Made by a program: the position numbers and the translations under genes | Source: Candidatus Melainabacteria bacterium 17Bon1m | GTDB lineage: Bacteria > Cyanobacteriota > Vampirovibrionia > Obscuribacterales > Obscuribacteraceae | Direction: 5' to 3' | Assembly: GCA_032128875.1 (NCBI GenBank) | Contig: JAVLKG010000005.1 | Location: forward strand, 480,001 to 544,000 | DNA: 64,000 bases | The notes under the pieces: model-generated | Databases searched by the model: none | What the model was told of the DNA's origin: nothing | Seen by the model: only the letters and a program-made list of their open reading frames with translations | Part shown: piece after piece, positions 39,905 through 49,165 of the stretch | How positions within the stretch are numbered: position 1 is the first letter of the stretch | Layout: every line of letters begins with the position of its first letter

Positions 39905-40359
39905 TTGTCATCACCTGTTGAGTTCGATTGGTGAAAAGTAGGTCCGAGTAATAAGGCTGGAAAGCTTATTGATAAGGCATCAACCTGGCATGAATTGGCC
40001 TGACTTCCGCCGCATGCTACAAGCTTAACTTTCGCTCAGGCGTGCTGTCAAGAATCCCCCGCGAGGGGGAGAGCCTCGCGTAGATAGGGTTTTGGGGTTT
40101 TGAGATAGCCCCAAAAATAGACTTTGTTGACAAGTTTTGGCTTTGCGACTGCGTCTTGATAAATTTATGCATGAATCGCAAATGGAGAAACCCCGTTTGG
40201 GGGATGGATTCGAAACCTTTTAAAACAGCTCGCGTGCACTCGGACGTTTCTTTTAAAACTGCCAAATTGCGAAATCAAATGCCCAATTTCATCAAATACA
40301 GAGAACACTAACTTCAAAAATTGATGGAACGCCGGCGATTTTATGATAGAAAAGCCAAT

Positions 40360-40713
40360 ATGAGATTCTGTGCTCACGCCCTATTTCTGCCGACCTTTCT
40401 TTTCATAGTCGCTCAGATAGTTTCTATCTGCGGTGCGTTTGAAACGCTCGCAGCCTATGACGCTGACGGCATAAATGACATGAGCCTCGAGGACATTGTC
40501 TTTATTGATCCATTTCTTAGATCTCATTCCGATACCAAGACCGTAGTAATTTTTCGAACGATAAGTTCTGGTGGTTTGATATCACTGATAAAGCTTTGTC
40601 TGCCTGTCTTATTGAACGAACCGGTTCAAACGCTACAAGAAAGACCGGCTCGAATTGCATATCGAGAGCCACCAGACAATTTGTGGTTGTCGAATAGAGT
40701 TCTTAGAATTTAA
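40360..40713 (+). CDS. Small membrane/secreted ORF upstream of czcA (putative leader/CzcI-like)
   Basis: N-terminal hydrophobic segment; C-terminal REPPDNLWLSNRVLRI. Confidence 0.45.
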   Translation: MRFCAHALFLPTFLFIVAQIVSICGAFETLAAYDADGINDMSLEDIVFIDPFLRSHSDTKTVVIFRTISSGGLISLIKLCLPVLLNEPVQTLQERPARIAYREPPDNLWLSNRVLRI

Positions 40714-40827
40714 ACGCGACTAGTAAATATTGAACGTCCTCACCAGACGCCGTTTTCGGTCTGGCGATGTGCGCAACTGTGCAGTCATTGATGCGCGGGC
40801 GCGGAGTCTGTATTTGTAGGTATCAAC

Positions 40828-43800
40828 ATGATTGAAAAACTGATCGCGTTTTCTTTGTCGCATCGACTTTTGGTTTCGGCAGCAACTCTTGCGGTGATTG
40901 TGGCGGGCATTTTTGCCATTCTCAACTTGCCGGTAGATTCGTTTCCCGACGTCAGTAATGTGCAGGTTCAAATAATTACAGAGCCTGAGAGCATGGCTAC
41001 TGAAGAGGTTGAGGCTCTCGTCACCTATCCCATTGAGAATGTTCTCAATGGATTGCCCAAAATCAAAAAAATTCGCTCCATCTCTTCATTTGGACTGTCG
41101 GTGGTCACCGCAATTTTTGAAGACGACACGGATGTTTATTTCGCGAGAAATTTGATTCAGCAACGGCTTACATCACTGGCTGGCATGCTGCCCGAGCACT
41201 GTCCCCAACCGACACTGGGACCGGTCGTTTCAAGTTTTAGCCAAGTCTATATGTACTATCTGACCAGCTCTCATCTCGACCTTACGGAGCTGCGGACAAT
41301 ACAAGACTGGGATATTTCCAGGCGCCTGCGGTCAGTGCCCGGTGTGGCTAACGTGGCGACATTTGGTGGTTTCGTCAAGCAATATCAGGTCATCGTCAAT
41401 CCGCGAGAATTGCATGGATACAAAGTTACGCTCAATGAACTGGTCTCGTCTATTTCTCAAAACAACGATAACGCCGGCGGCAACTTCATCGAACAATCCG
41501 GAGAGGAAGTCATTATTCGGGGCATGGGACGTATCAAGTCTGTCGAAGATATTCGCAATATTGTACTAAAAGAAGTCAATGGCACCCCAGTGACTGTCGG
41601 TCAGGTTTCCCGTGTGGTAATTGGACAAGCTTTCAGACGCGGATCCGCATCAATGAACGGTACCGGCGAGGTTGTTACCGGGATTGTCTATACAAGGAAA
41701 GGCGTGAATACAAAGGCAGTCGTAGAGAAGGTCAAGGAGAAGGTTGAAGAGATCTCGCACAGTCTGCGCTCTGATGTTCAAATCGTTCCTTATTACGATC
41801 AAACCGAGCTAGTGGATAAGACGATCGAAACCGTCAAGGAAATCTTGATATTCAGCGGCGGGTTAGTAATCGTTGTTTTAACCGCTGTCTTGCTGCATAT
41901 CCCGAGCGCGCTTATTGTTTCAGTCATCATTCCCTTGTCGCTGCTTTTCAGCTTCATATTGATGAAGTACTCCGGATTGACCGCGAACTTGATGACACTT
42001 GGTGCTGTTGATTTCGGGATTATCGTCGATGCTGGCGTGGTTTTGGTCGAAAACATCTTTCGCCATTTGTCTCGTGCTCATAAAGAATATGGTGACAATT
42101 TCAATCGTTTAGAAGTCATCAAAACTGCATCAATCGCTGTGGCCAAGCCGATCGTTTTTTCTATCGGCATCATCATGTCAGTCTATTTGCCTTTGTTTGC
42201 TTTGGAAGGCGTCGAGGGTAAGATGTTTCACCCTCTTGCGCTTACTTTTATGTACGCCCTCGCCGGCTCCCTGCTGACCTCACTCACTGTCATTCCGGTG
42301 CTCTGTTATTGGGTGATGAAGGGACCTGTGAAAGAAAGAGAAAACCCGGTGCTCAACTTTGTTGTGGAGCGATATGTTCCACTTTTGAAGAGTGCGGTGG
42401 CCAATCCAAAGAAAATTCTTTTTGTCGCAGTAATTGCACTGGCATTGAGTCTGGCAGTCTTTCCTTTCCTTGGCTCGGAATTCATTCCGTCTCTTGATGA
42501 AGGTCCAATTCTTGTGCGCATCAAAATGCCGGCCAGTATTTCTCATACAGAGTCTATGCAGACGGTCAACAACATCGAAAAACTGCTCAAGTCCTTTCCT
42601 GAAGTGGCGGTGATTGTCTCCAGAACAGGTCGTGCAGTCACTGGACCCGGGCTCGACGGTGTTGATTCTACTGATACGTACATTAGTCTTCATCCGAAAG
42701 ACAAGTGGAAAACGGCAAGCACTAAAGAGCAGCTGATTGATCAAATGGCGGAGAAACTGCATGAAATTCCCGGGCTGATGTTCAGTTTTTCGCAACCAAT
42801 CGCCGACATGGTAGACGACTTGATCGCTGGTATCAGAGCGGATCTTGGCATCAAGATCTTTGGTGATGATTTGAAAACTCTTGCCAGCATTGCCGGCAAG
42901 ATCGAATCCGAAGTCAGGAAAGTGCCAGGCGCTGCAGATATGCAACACGAGCATTTGCTTGGCTTGCCGGAATTGAATATTGAACTAAAACGACCTGTGC
43001 TCGCGCGTTTTGGCTTGAATACCGATGATGTTCTGGACATCATAAGAGTGGCTTTGGCCGGAGATCGAGTCACTGAAGTGATTGAAGGTACAAAGCGCTT
43101 TGGTCTTTTGGTTCGATTTGAAAAAACGTATAGAGAAACTCCGGCACGGATTGCCGACGTCATGATCGATACGCCCAAAGGAGCTCGTGTTCCCCTGGAT
43201 CAGTTGGCAAAGATTGAGATGGAAAGAGGCGCTGTGACTATCAACCGAGAAGACGGACAGCGAAGAACCGCAGTGATGGCAAATGTCAGAGGTCGTGACT
43301 TGGGCAGTTTTGTGGCGGAAGCACAAAGCCGAGTGGAGAAGAATGTCCACATTCCGAAAGGGTATAAAGTCGTCTGGAGCGGACAGTTTGAGAATCAAGA
43401 GCGAGCAATGAAACGGCTTGCGATAGTCGTTCCTATTGTTCTGCTGCTGATTTTCGTACTTCTATTTGCTTCATTCAATTCGTTCAGGAACGCAGGCTTG
43501 ATTATGCTCAACGTGCCCTTCGCAATGAGCGGCGGAATTCTTGCGCTGTTTTTATCGCATCAAACTTTGTCAGTTCCTGCCATCATCGGCTTCATTGCTT
43601 TGTTTGGTGTGGCTGTTCAGAATGGCGTCATCATGGTGACGTACATTATGCAGCTGGAGCAGCGGGGGTCTTCGATCGACGAGGCTGTTGTGAGGGGGGC
43701 ACAAACGCGTCTGAGACCGGTTCTCATGACAGCTCTCGTTGCAGTTGTCGGCTTACTGCCTAAAGTGCTCTTTCATGGAACTGGCACCGAAGTGCAGCGG

Positions 43801-43920
43801 CCACTCGCGACAGTTGTGCTGGGCGGGCTGGTAACAGCGACTGCGCTGACACTTATTGTCCTGCCCGCGCTTTACAAGTTGCTCAATCAGAAAAACGGCA
43901 AGAAACAACAGGTCGTTTAG
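40828..43920 (+). CDS. czcA: CusA/CzcA-family heavy-metal efflux RND permease
   Basis: LPVDSFPDVSNVQVQIIT, GAVDFGIIVDAGVVLVEN, GSEFIPSLDEG, RLRPVLMTA, EVQRPLATVV. Confidence 0.93.
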   Translation: MIEKLIAFSLSHRLLVSAATLAVIVAGIFAILNLPVDSFPDVSNVQVQIITEPESMATEEVEALVTYPIENVLNGLPKIKKIRSISSFGLSVVTAIFEDDTDVYFARNLIQQRLTSLAGMLPEHCPQPTLGPVVSSFSQVYMYYLTSSHLDLTELRTIQDWDISRRLRSVPGVANVATFGGFVKQYQVIVNPRELHGYKVTLNELVSSISQNNDNAGGNFIEQSGEEVIIRGMGRIKSVEDIRNIVLKEVNGTPVTVGQVSRVVIGQAFRRGSASMNGTGEVVTGIVYTRKGVNTKAVVEKVKEKVEEISHSLRSDVQIVPYYDQTELVDKTIETVKEILIFSGGLVIVVLTAVLLHIPSALIVSVIIPLSLLFSFILMKYSGLTANLMTLGAVDFGIIVDAGVVLVENIFRHLSRAHKEYGDNFNRLEVIKTASIAVAKPIVFSIGIIMSVYLPLFALEGVEGKMFHPLALTFMYALAGSLLTSLTVIPVLCYWVMKGPVKERENPVLNFVVERYVPLLKSAVANPKKILFVAVIALALSLAVFPFLGSEFIPSLDEGPILVRIKMPASISHTESMQTVNNIEKLLKSFPEVAVIVSRTGRAVTGPGLDGVDSTDTYISLHPKDKWKTASTKEQLIDQMAEKLHEIPGLMFSFSQPIADMVDDLIAGIRADLGIKIFGDDLKTLASIAGKIESEVRKVPGAADMQHEHLLGLPELNIELKRPVLARFGLNTDDVLDIIRVALAGDRVTEVIEGTKRFGLLVRFEKTYRETPARIADVMIDTPKGARVPLDQLAKIEMERGAVTINREDGQRRTAVMANVRGRDLGSFVAEAQSRVEKNVHIPKGYKVVWSGQFENQERAMKRLAIVVPIVLLLIFVLLFASFNSFRNAGLIMLNVPFAMSGGILALFLSHQTLSVPAIIGFIALFGVAVQNGVIMVTYIMQLEQRGSSIDEAVVRGAQTRLRPVLMTALVAVVGLLPKVLFHGTGTEVQRPLATVVLGGLVTATALTLIVLPALYKLLNQKNGKKQQVV

Positions 43921-43960
43921 TTTCTATTTTCGCCTCGCGTAATTTCTAAATTCAGCTCTC

Positions 43961-44203
43961 CTAATCGGAGCTGTCCAGATTATTGTCATCGAACGCTTCC
44001 GGTGCGTGCGAGCCATCGGCTTGCTTGCGCAGGATTTCTACCTTTTGTTCTGCGATTTTGAGAAACGACTCCAGCTGGGTGCTTAGCTCCATGCCTCTTT
44101 CGAAGAGGCTTAGCGCTCTTTCCAGCTTTATCTCGCCATCGAGTTCGCCAACTACTTGCTCGAGCTCTTTCAGTGAACTTTCGAAATCTATTGTTTTGGC
44201 CAT
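43961..44203 (-). CDS. xseB: Exodeoxyribonuclease VII small subunit
   Basis: FESSLKELEQVVGELDG..LERALSLFERGMEL..AEQKV. Confidence 0.93.
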   Translation of the reverse strand: MAKTIDFESSLKELEQVVGELDGEIKLERALSLFERGMELSTQLESFLKIAEQKVEILRKQADGSHAPEAFDDNNLDSSD

Positions 44204-44226
44204 CTGACTCACCTCCTGTTTTGTTT

Positions 44227-45426
44227 TCACCATTTTTCGTCAACGGACTCAATTTTGATCTTCAATTTACCTTCGTGCAGTAGCGCTTCTAGCGTCTCGC
44301 CTGGTTGCACGTCGCTAAATGAGCGAACTACCGACTTATCCGCTTTTCGCAAAACAGCAAAGCCACGGCTGAGAACATTCAGCGGGCTGAGGGCAATTAG
44401 TTTTTCTCGGCTTGTTTTCAATTTATGCTGAGCAGAAGATATCTGCATTTTTAAGCGTGAATTGAGTGTCTGCCTGTGTGAAATCACTCTTTCTGTAAGG
44501 CGCTGAAGTCTTTCGCTGTACCGAATCAGAGAATTGAGCGGACTCAATCTTTCGACCTGTCGCCTGGCAGTTGCGAGTTTTTCGCTCATTTGAGATTGGA
44601 GGCGCCGATCCAGCAAGCCCCATTTGTCCATGAGCTCTACTGTCCCTTTCGCCACCAGCTCGGCTGCGGCAGTTGGAGTGGGAGCGCGCATGTCGGCTAC
44701 GAGATCGCAAATGGTGACGTCGGTTTCGTGACCGACACCGGAGATGACAGGGACGGCTGCAGAAAGTACCGCACGTGCCACTGCCTCGGTGTTGAACGAC
44801 CAGAGATCTTCGATTGAACCGCCGCCTCGCGCAACGATTATTACGTCAACGTCTTCGATTTCAGAAAGAATTGCTATCGCTCTAGCTATCTCATCGACGC
44901 TACCTTCGCCCTGTACTTTGCACGGAGAGATAAGTACATTGACAGAACGGTTGCGTCTTTTCAGAGTATGGAGAATATCGCGAAGAGCAGCTCCGGCGGG
45001 ACTTGTCACCACTCCGATTCGACGAGGAAAAATAGGAATTGGTCGCTTGCGCTCGGGTGCGAAGAATCCTTCCTTTTCTAATTTTGCTGCGAGTTGATCA
45101 AACGCTAATTGCCATTCGCCTACGCCAACCGGTTCAAGTCCGGTCACGATCATTTGATATGAGCCGCGCGGAGGATAAACGCTTAGTTTGCCGCGCGCAA
45201 CCATCATCAGCCCGTCTTCCAATTTGAACTTGATGGCGGAATTCGCATTTTTAAAGCAAACGCACGGCAGTGTCGCGTCTTGATCTTTTAGTGAAAAATA
45301 CCAGTGTCCCGAGGGATAGACTTTCGCGTTCGAAACTTCGCCTACTACATAAATGTAGGTGAATGTCCCTTCCAGGGTGTCCTTAATCAGTCCGGTCAGT
45401 TCAGAGACCGTCAGAACAGGCTGCAT
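44227..45426 (-). CDS. xseA: Exodeoxyribonuclease VII large subunit
   Basis: SGHWYFSLKD, VTSPAGAALRD, RGGGSIEDLWSFN, GVGHETD, RAPTPTAAAE. Confidence 0.96.
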   Translation of the reverse strand: MQPVLTVSELTGLIKDTLEGTFTYIYVVGEVSNAKVYPSGHWYFSLKDQDATLPCVCFKNANSAIKFKLEDGLMMVARGKLSVYPPRGSYQMIVTGLEPVGVGEWQLAFDQLAAKLEKEGFFAPERKRPIPIFPRRIGVVTSPAGAALRDILHTLKRRNRSVNVLISPCKVQGEGSVDEIARAIAILSEIEDVDVIIVARGGGSIEDLWSFNTEAVARAVLSAAVPVISGVGHETDVTICDLVADMRAPTPTAAAELVAKGTVELMDKWGLLDRRLQSQMSEKLATARRQVERLSPLNSLIRYSERLQRLTERVISHRQTLNSRLKMQISSAQHKLKTSREKLIALSPLNVLSRGFAVLRKADKSVVRSFSDVQPGETLEALLHEGKLKIKIESVDEKW

Positions 45427-45866
45427 TCGGCTGACTTCACGAGTGACGAACAACGCCCTTATCCTCATAAGGTGAAGTGATGAATTTTCGGGTCACGTCT
45501 TATTAGACGAATGAGCCACCGAAATAGTTCATCGAAAAACATATTCTATCTAAAGGTTGGCGGCGAAATATTGTCGGGGGATCATTTGATCTTTGCCGAG
45601 ATGCCGCTGGGCGAGACGTTATGCTGCTTGTTGACTACTGGTGGCGATTTCAATAAATTTTGGAAATTGAGACGAAAAGCCATTTCTATTCAATCTGTAT
45701 AGATGGATGGGGTTGTGCTGGATGTCTTTTATATATGCAAATAGTGGGCTGTTTGCCCCTTTTGTCACCTCTGGAACTGGCTTGGCGACAGGGTTTTGGT
45801 CGTACTTGGCCGGGAATATAGATGGTGTTGAAGATAAAAAACAGGCAGTCAAGATGATGATTTCAT

Positions 45867-45905
45867 TTGACCGCGGAAATTGTCATACTATATATTGGTA
45901 TGACA
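45867..45905 (+). promoter_or_regulatory. Putative sigma70 promoter overlapped by a palindromic operator (NrdR-box-like core)
   Basis: TTGACC (45867), 18 nt, TATATT (45891); inverted repeat TGTCATAC-N9-GTATGACA at 45881-45905. Confidence 0.55.
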
Positions 45906-45946
45906 TACAAACGTAAGGTATGGGTTTGAGAGAGGGGGAGAGCTTC

Positions 45947-46744
45947 ATGCACAGGACTTTGTTCACGCCTTCTATGGTTGAGGCTTTCCGCATCTGCAAG
46001 AAGGCATATCGCATTGGTCAGGCGCACTATGCCGAAGGGACCAATACTGCTAAAGGTCGACTGAAAAGCTTGACCAGGCGGTTTATCCTGCGCGGACTTG
46101 CGGAGATCAACCGCGGCAAACTTCAGAGCGTGAATCAAGTTCAGAAGTACATGGGTCAGCAATGGCCTGTAGATCCGTTGGGCATAGCCACTCAAGAAAA
46201 GGAGCAGAATACTCGCGCATTCTTGTTTGCATATAAGACATTGACCCGCTATGTGAATAAACCATACAAACCAGATGGCGCAGAGATCGTTGGTGTTGCG
46301 CAAAAGGTACGTGCCCGCGTGCCGCATTTGCGAGTTTATGTGGAAGACACTATGGACCTCATGCTCTGGTACCCGCATGAAAAACGCCTTGAGCTTGTGG
46401 ACTACCAATTGAATCCAATTGCTCATTACGATCCTCGTTGGCCATCAGCAACTATTTTGGTCAAGCAGTATTTGGCTGAAAGACTGAAGATGCGTTTTCC
46501 GTATGAAAGAGTGACGCTGACTTTTGTCCGCGCCGGGACAAAAGAGCACCAGCCCGTAAGTCTTACTCTCGACGAAAGTATTTTTGCTCTGCACTGGTCT
46601 GAGCTCGTGAAAACTCTTGAAGCAATGAAGGAAGAGTCCGAGTTTCAGGGGGAGTGCAAAGATAACTGCCGTCATTGTGAAGCTGAATCAGAAGACAAAG
46701 GCAGTGATATGACGGTTAACGAGGCATACTCAAAAACAGCTTAG
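45947..46744 (+). CDS. PD-(D/E)XK nuclease-superfamily protein (AddB/Cas4-like), possibly inactive
   Basis: TPSMVEAFRIC N-terminal motif, D..LVDYQ, C-terminal CKDNCRHC; RBS GGGGAG. Confidence 0.65.
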   Translation: MHRTLFTPSMVEAFRICKKAYRIGQAHYAEGTNTAKGRLKSLTRRFILRGLAEINRGKLQSVNQVQKYMGQQWPVDPLGIATQEKEQNTRAFLFAYKTLTRYVNKPYKPDGAEIVGVAQKVRARVPHLRVYVEDTMDLMLWYPHEKRLELVDYQLNPIAHYDPRWPSATILVKQYLAERLKMRFPYERVTLTFVRAGTKEHQPVSLTLDESIFALHWSELVKTLEAMKEESEFQGECKDNCRHCEAESEDKGSDMTVNEAYSKTA

Positions 46745-46998
46745 AGATCACCGGAGTTTCAATAGCTCAGACCCCAATCTGTAGCACCACAAGCGGTGTC
46801 AGGATATCTATCGTGTTTCCCGAGCGCGAGGTTAACCTGACTTCTGCTTTTTTTTGGGGGGGGGAGGGGCGTGCAGCCGTACGTCCATCTCCTTTGATTA
46901 CGTGTTGTTAAGCTTGTTTCCTTGCTCATGAAGGCGCGCATATCCGATCTCCATGCTTGTCGCTTATGATCAAGGGTCAATACGACAGGAATTGGGCC

Positions 46999-48363
46999 AT
47001 GACCAGAAATACCGGCAATCCGGCACACGCTCACGAGGGTTCTCAGAAAGCCATCTCTAAAGATGGACGGATTCCAATAGACCTCTTGATTAGTCCAATC
47101 GCCGAGCTGGTAACTGCAGAATCTCACGACGGACCTGTGCGCGGCGAAGATATGCGCGATATAAAGCGCATCAAAAATGCTGCAATTGCAATCAGCGGTG
47201 GACAAATAATTGCAGTTGGCCGTGCTGACGAGATCAAGCACGCAGTGGTTACTGACGAAAACACTCAAATCATTGATGCCAGCGAGAATTTAGTCAGTCC
47301 AGGACTCGTCGATGCGCACACCCATTTGATCTTCGATGGCAATCGCGCGGACGAATTTGTGATGCGCAGTCAGGGCAAGACTTATACAGAAATAGCTGCC
47401 GCCGGTGGTGGCATCGTCAAAAGTATGAGAGCTACTCAGAATGCTGACGTGGAGCGGCTTGTGTCTCTGGGCCGAAAGAGAATCGAGCGCATGCTCGAGT
47501 CGGGAACCACTGCCCTTGAGGTGAAGACTGGATACGGTTTAGAAGCAGAAAGCGAATTGCGAATGCTGGAGGCGATCTACCGCCTCAAATCAGAATCCGT
47601 GCTCGATATCGTGCCTACTTTTATGGCGGCACATGCGATACCACCTGGTAAAGAGCGCGAACGATATGTAGACGACATCGTCAATGATATGCTGCCGCGC
47701 GTGGTGGCAATGGCCACAGAGCAAGCAGAGCGCGAAGGGGTCCACGTAAGCCACATGATGCCTTACATAGACGTCTTTTGCGATCGCGGTTATTTCACAT
47801 TGGAAGATACGCGCAAGATCTTTGCTGCTGCGATCAAGTTGGGATTAAAGACCAGAGTTCATTCTGACGAATTTGTCAATCTTGGTGCCACCACATTGGC
47901 CGTAGAGCTGGGCGCAGCAAGCGCCGATCACTTGCTCAATGTAAGTGACGAAGAGATTGCTCTTTTGGCGAAATCTTCTACTGTCGCGGTGCTTTTGCCC
48001 GGCACATCTTTCTACCTGAATCTCTCCGACCATGCACCGGCTCGCCGGATGATCGAAGAAGGTGTAGCTGTTGCACTCGCGACTGACTATAACCCTGGCT
48101 CTTGCCACATATCGTCTCTGCCCTTCGTTTGGGGCTTAGCTTGTTTGCATTTGAAGATGTTGCCGGAGGAGGCTCTTACCGCGTTAACCGTAAATGGTGC
48201 CTGGGCGATCGGTTTGGGAGCCAATATCGGACAGTTGAGACCCGGCTATCAGGCCGACGTCACCATCTACGATGTAAAACAATTGGAAGAAGTCCCATAC
48301 AACATCGGTTGGAACCCTGTTAAACAGGTGATAAAGAAGGGGCGGACTGTCTATAGCCGATAG
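46999..48363 (+). CDS. hutI: Imidazolonepropionase
   Basis: PGLVDAHTHLIFDGNRADEF, GTTALEVKTGYGL, HSDEF, SADHL, ALATDYNPGS. Confidence 0.93.
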   Translation: MTRNTGNPAHAHEGSQKAISKDGRIPIDLLISPIAELVTAESHDGPVRGEDMRDIKRIKNAAIAISGGQIIAVGRADEIKHAVVTDENTQIIDASENLVSPGLVDAHTHLIFDGNRADEFVMRSQGKTYTEIAAAGGGIVKSMRATQNADVERLVSLGRKRIERMLESGTTALEVKTGYGLEAESELRMLEAIYRLKSESVLDIVPTFMAAHAIPPGKERERYVDDIVNDMLPRVVAMATEQAEREGVHVSHMMPYIDVFCDRGYFTLEDTRKIFAAAIKLGLKTRVHSDEFVNLGATTLAVELGAASADHLLNVSDEEIALLAKSSTVAVLLPGTSFYLNLSDHAPARRMIEEGVAVALATDYNPGSCHISSLPFVWGLACLHLKMLPEEALTALTVNGAWAIGLGANIGQLRPGYQADVTIYDVKQLEEVPYNIGWNPVKQVIKKGRTVYSR

Positions 48364-48433
48364 ATACACTGGGGTGTTTTTGTGCCACCACCGGTAATAT
48401 TTTATTTTCGGGAAAAAAACTTTCCTGATTTAC

Positions 48434-48461
48434 TTGTCTTATTATTGGCTTTAGTTATAAT
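48434..48461 (+). promoter_or_regulatory. Putative sigma70 promoter for the 48583 ORF
   Basis: TTGTCT, 16 nt, TATAAT in an AT-rich intergenic region. Confidence 0.45.
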
Positions 48462-48582
48462 TCTAGAGGCGCCACCACGGACGGGGCCATTTCAGAAAAA
48501 ACGGTTAGTTCGACTGCAGCGGGCAATGAGAACTGACGGTTTCCTGGCAAGTTTTTAAATCCAGAGCGGGGGATACGGACTG

Positions 48583-49011
48583 ATGGCAGAGAGCATGCGC
48601 AAACAGGATAACTCTTCGGTCCAAGAAGACCTGGCCGCGCTCGAAGGGTTCGATGAGTTTTTTGAAGGTGACACCGAGGCCCCAGTCGAAGTAACCAGCG
48701 ATGCCACCACTGTAGGTGGTGAGGTAATGCAAGAGCAGGTCGAAAAGCTGCTTGAGCGCATGACCGAGTTGCTTTCTTTCAGTGTTGATCAGAGAGTGGA
48801 ATCGGCCAGAATGGCCACCCAGCTCATCGACAACCAACGCCAACTGATCGCCACGCAGCAAATTCTGATTCGTTTGATGGAGCGCTCGATCGATCTGACC
48901 CGGCACATAAGCTCCATCGAAGAAAAATTACCGGTGCTTTTCGAATTGCCTCGCACTGTCGAGAGCATTCGTCAAAGACTGGTGCAAATGGAAGGTGTAG
49001 AAGTCGAGTAA
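48583..49011 (+). CDS. Hypothetical coiled-coil protein
   Basis: 142-aa ORF with acidic N-terminus and heptad-like C-terminal half. Confidence 0.7.
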   Translation: MAESMRKQDNSSVQEDLAALEGFDEFFEGDTEAPVEVTSDATTVGGEVMQEQVEKLLERMTELLSFSVDQRVESARMATQLIDNQRQLIATQQILIRLMERSIDLTRHISSIEEKLPVLFELPRTVESIRQRLVQMEGVEVE

Positions 49012-49165
49012 GCCACTGCCGCAACAGGGCAGGCGCTGTAGAGGTTAATTCCTGTGGTGGTTCTCCCACTGCCGGTGATTTCTACGTATTTACTTTGTAA
49101 TACAAGATCGTAGTATTGCTTGGACGGCGCCCGCATCGTGACTGGCACCGTCTGAGGAGAACTCG

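Noticed and set aside
45947-46744. Calling this gene cas4
   Set aside because: No CRISPR array or other cas genes; Cys spacing and catalytic motif differ
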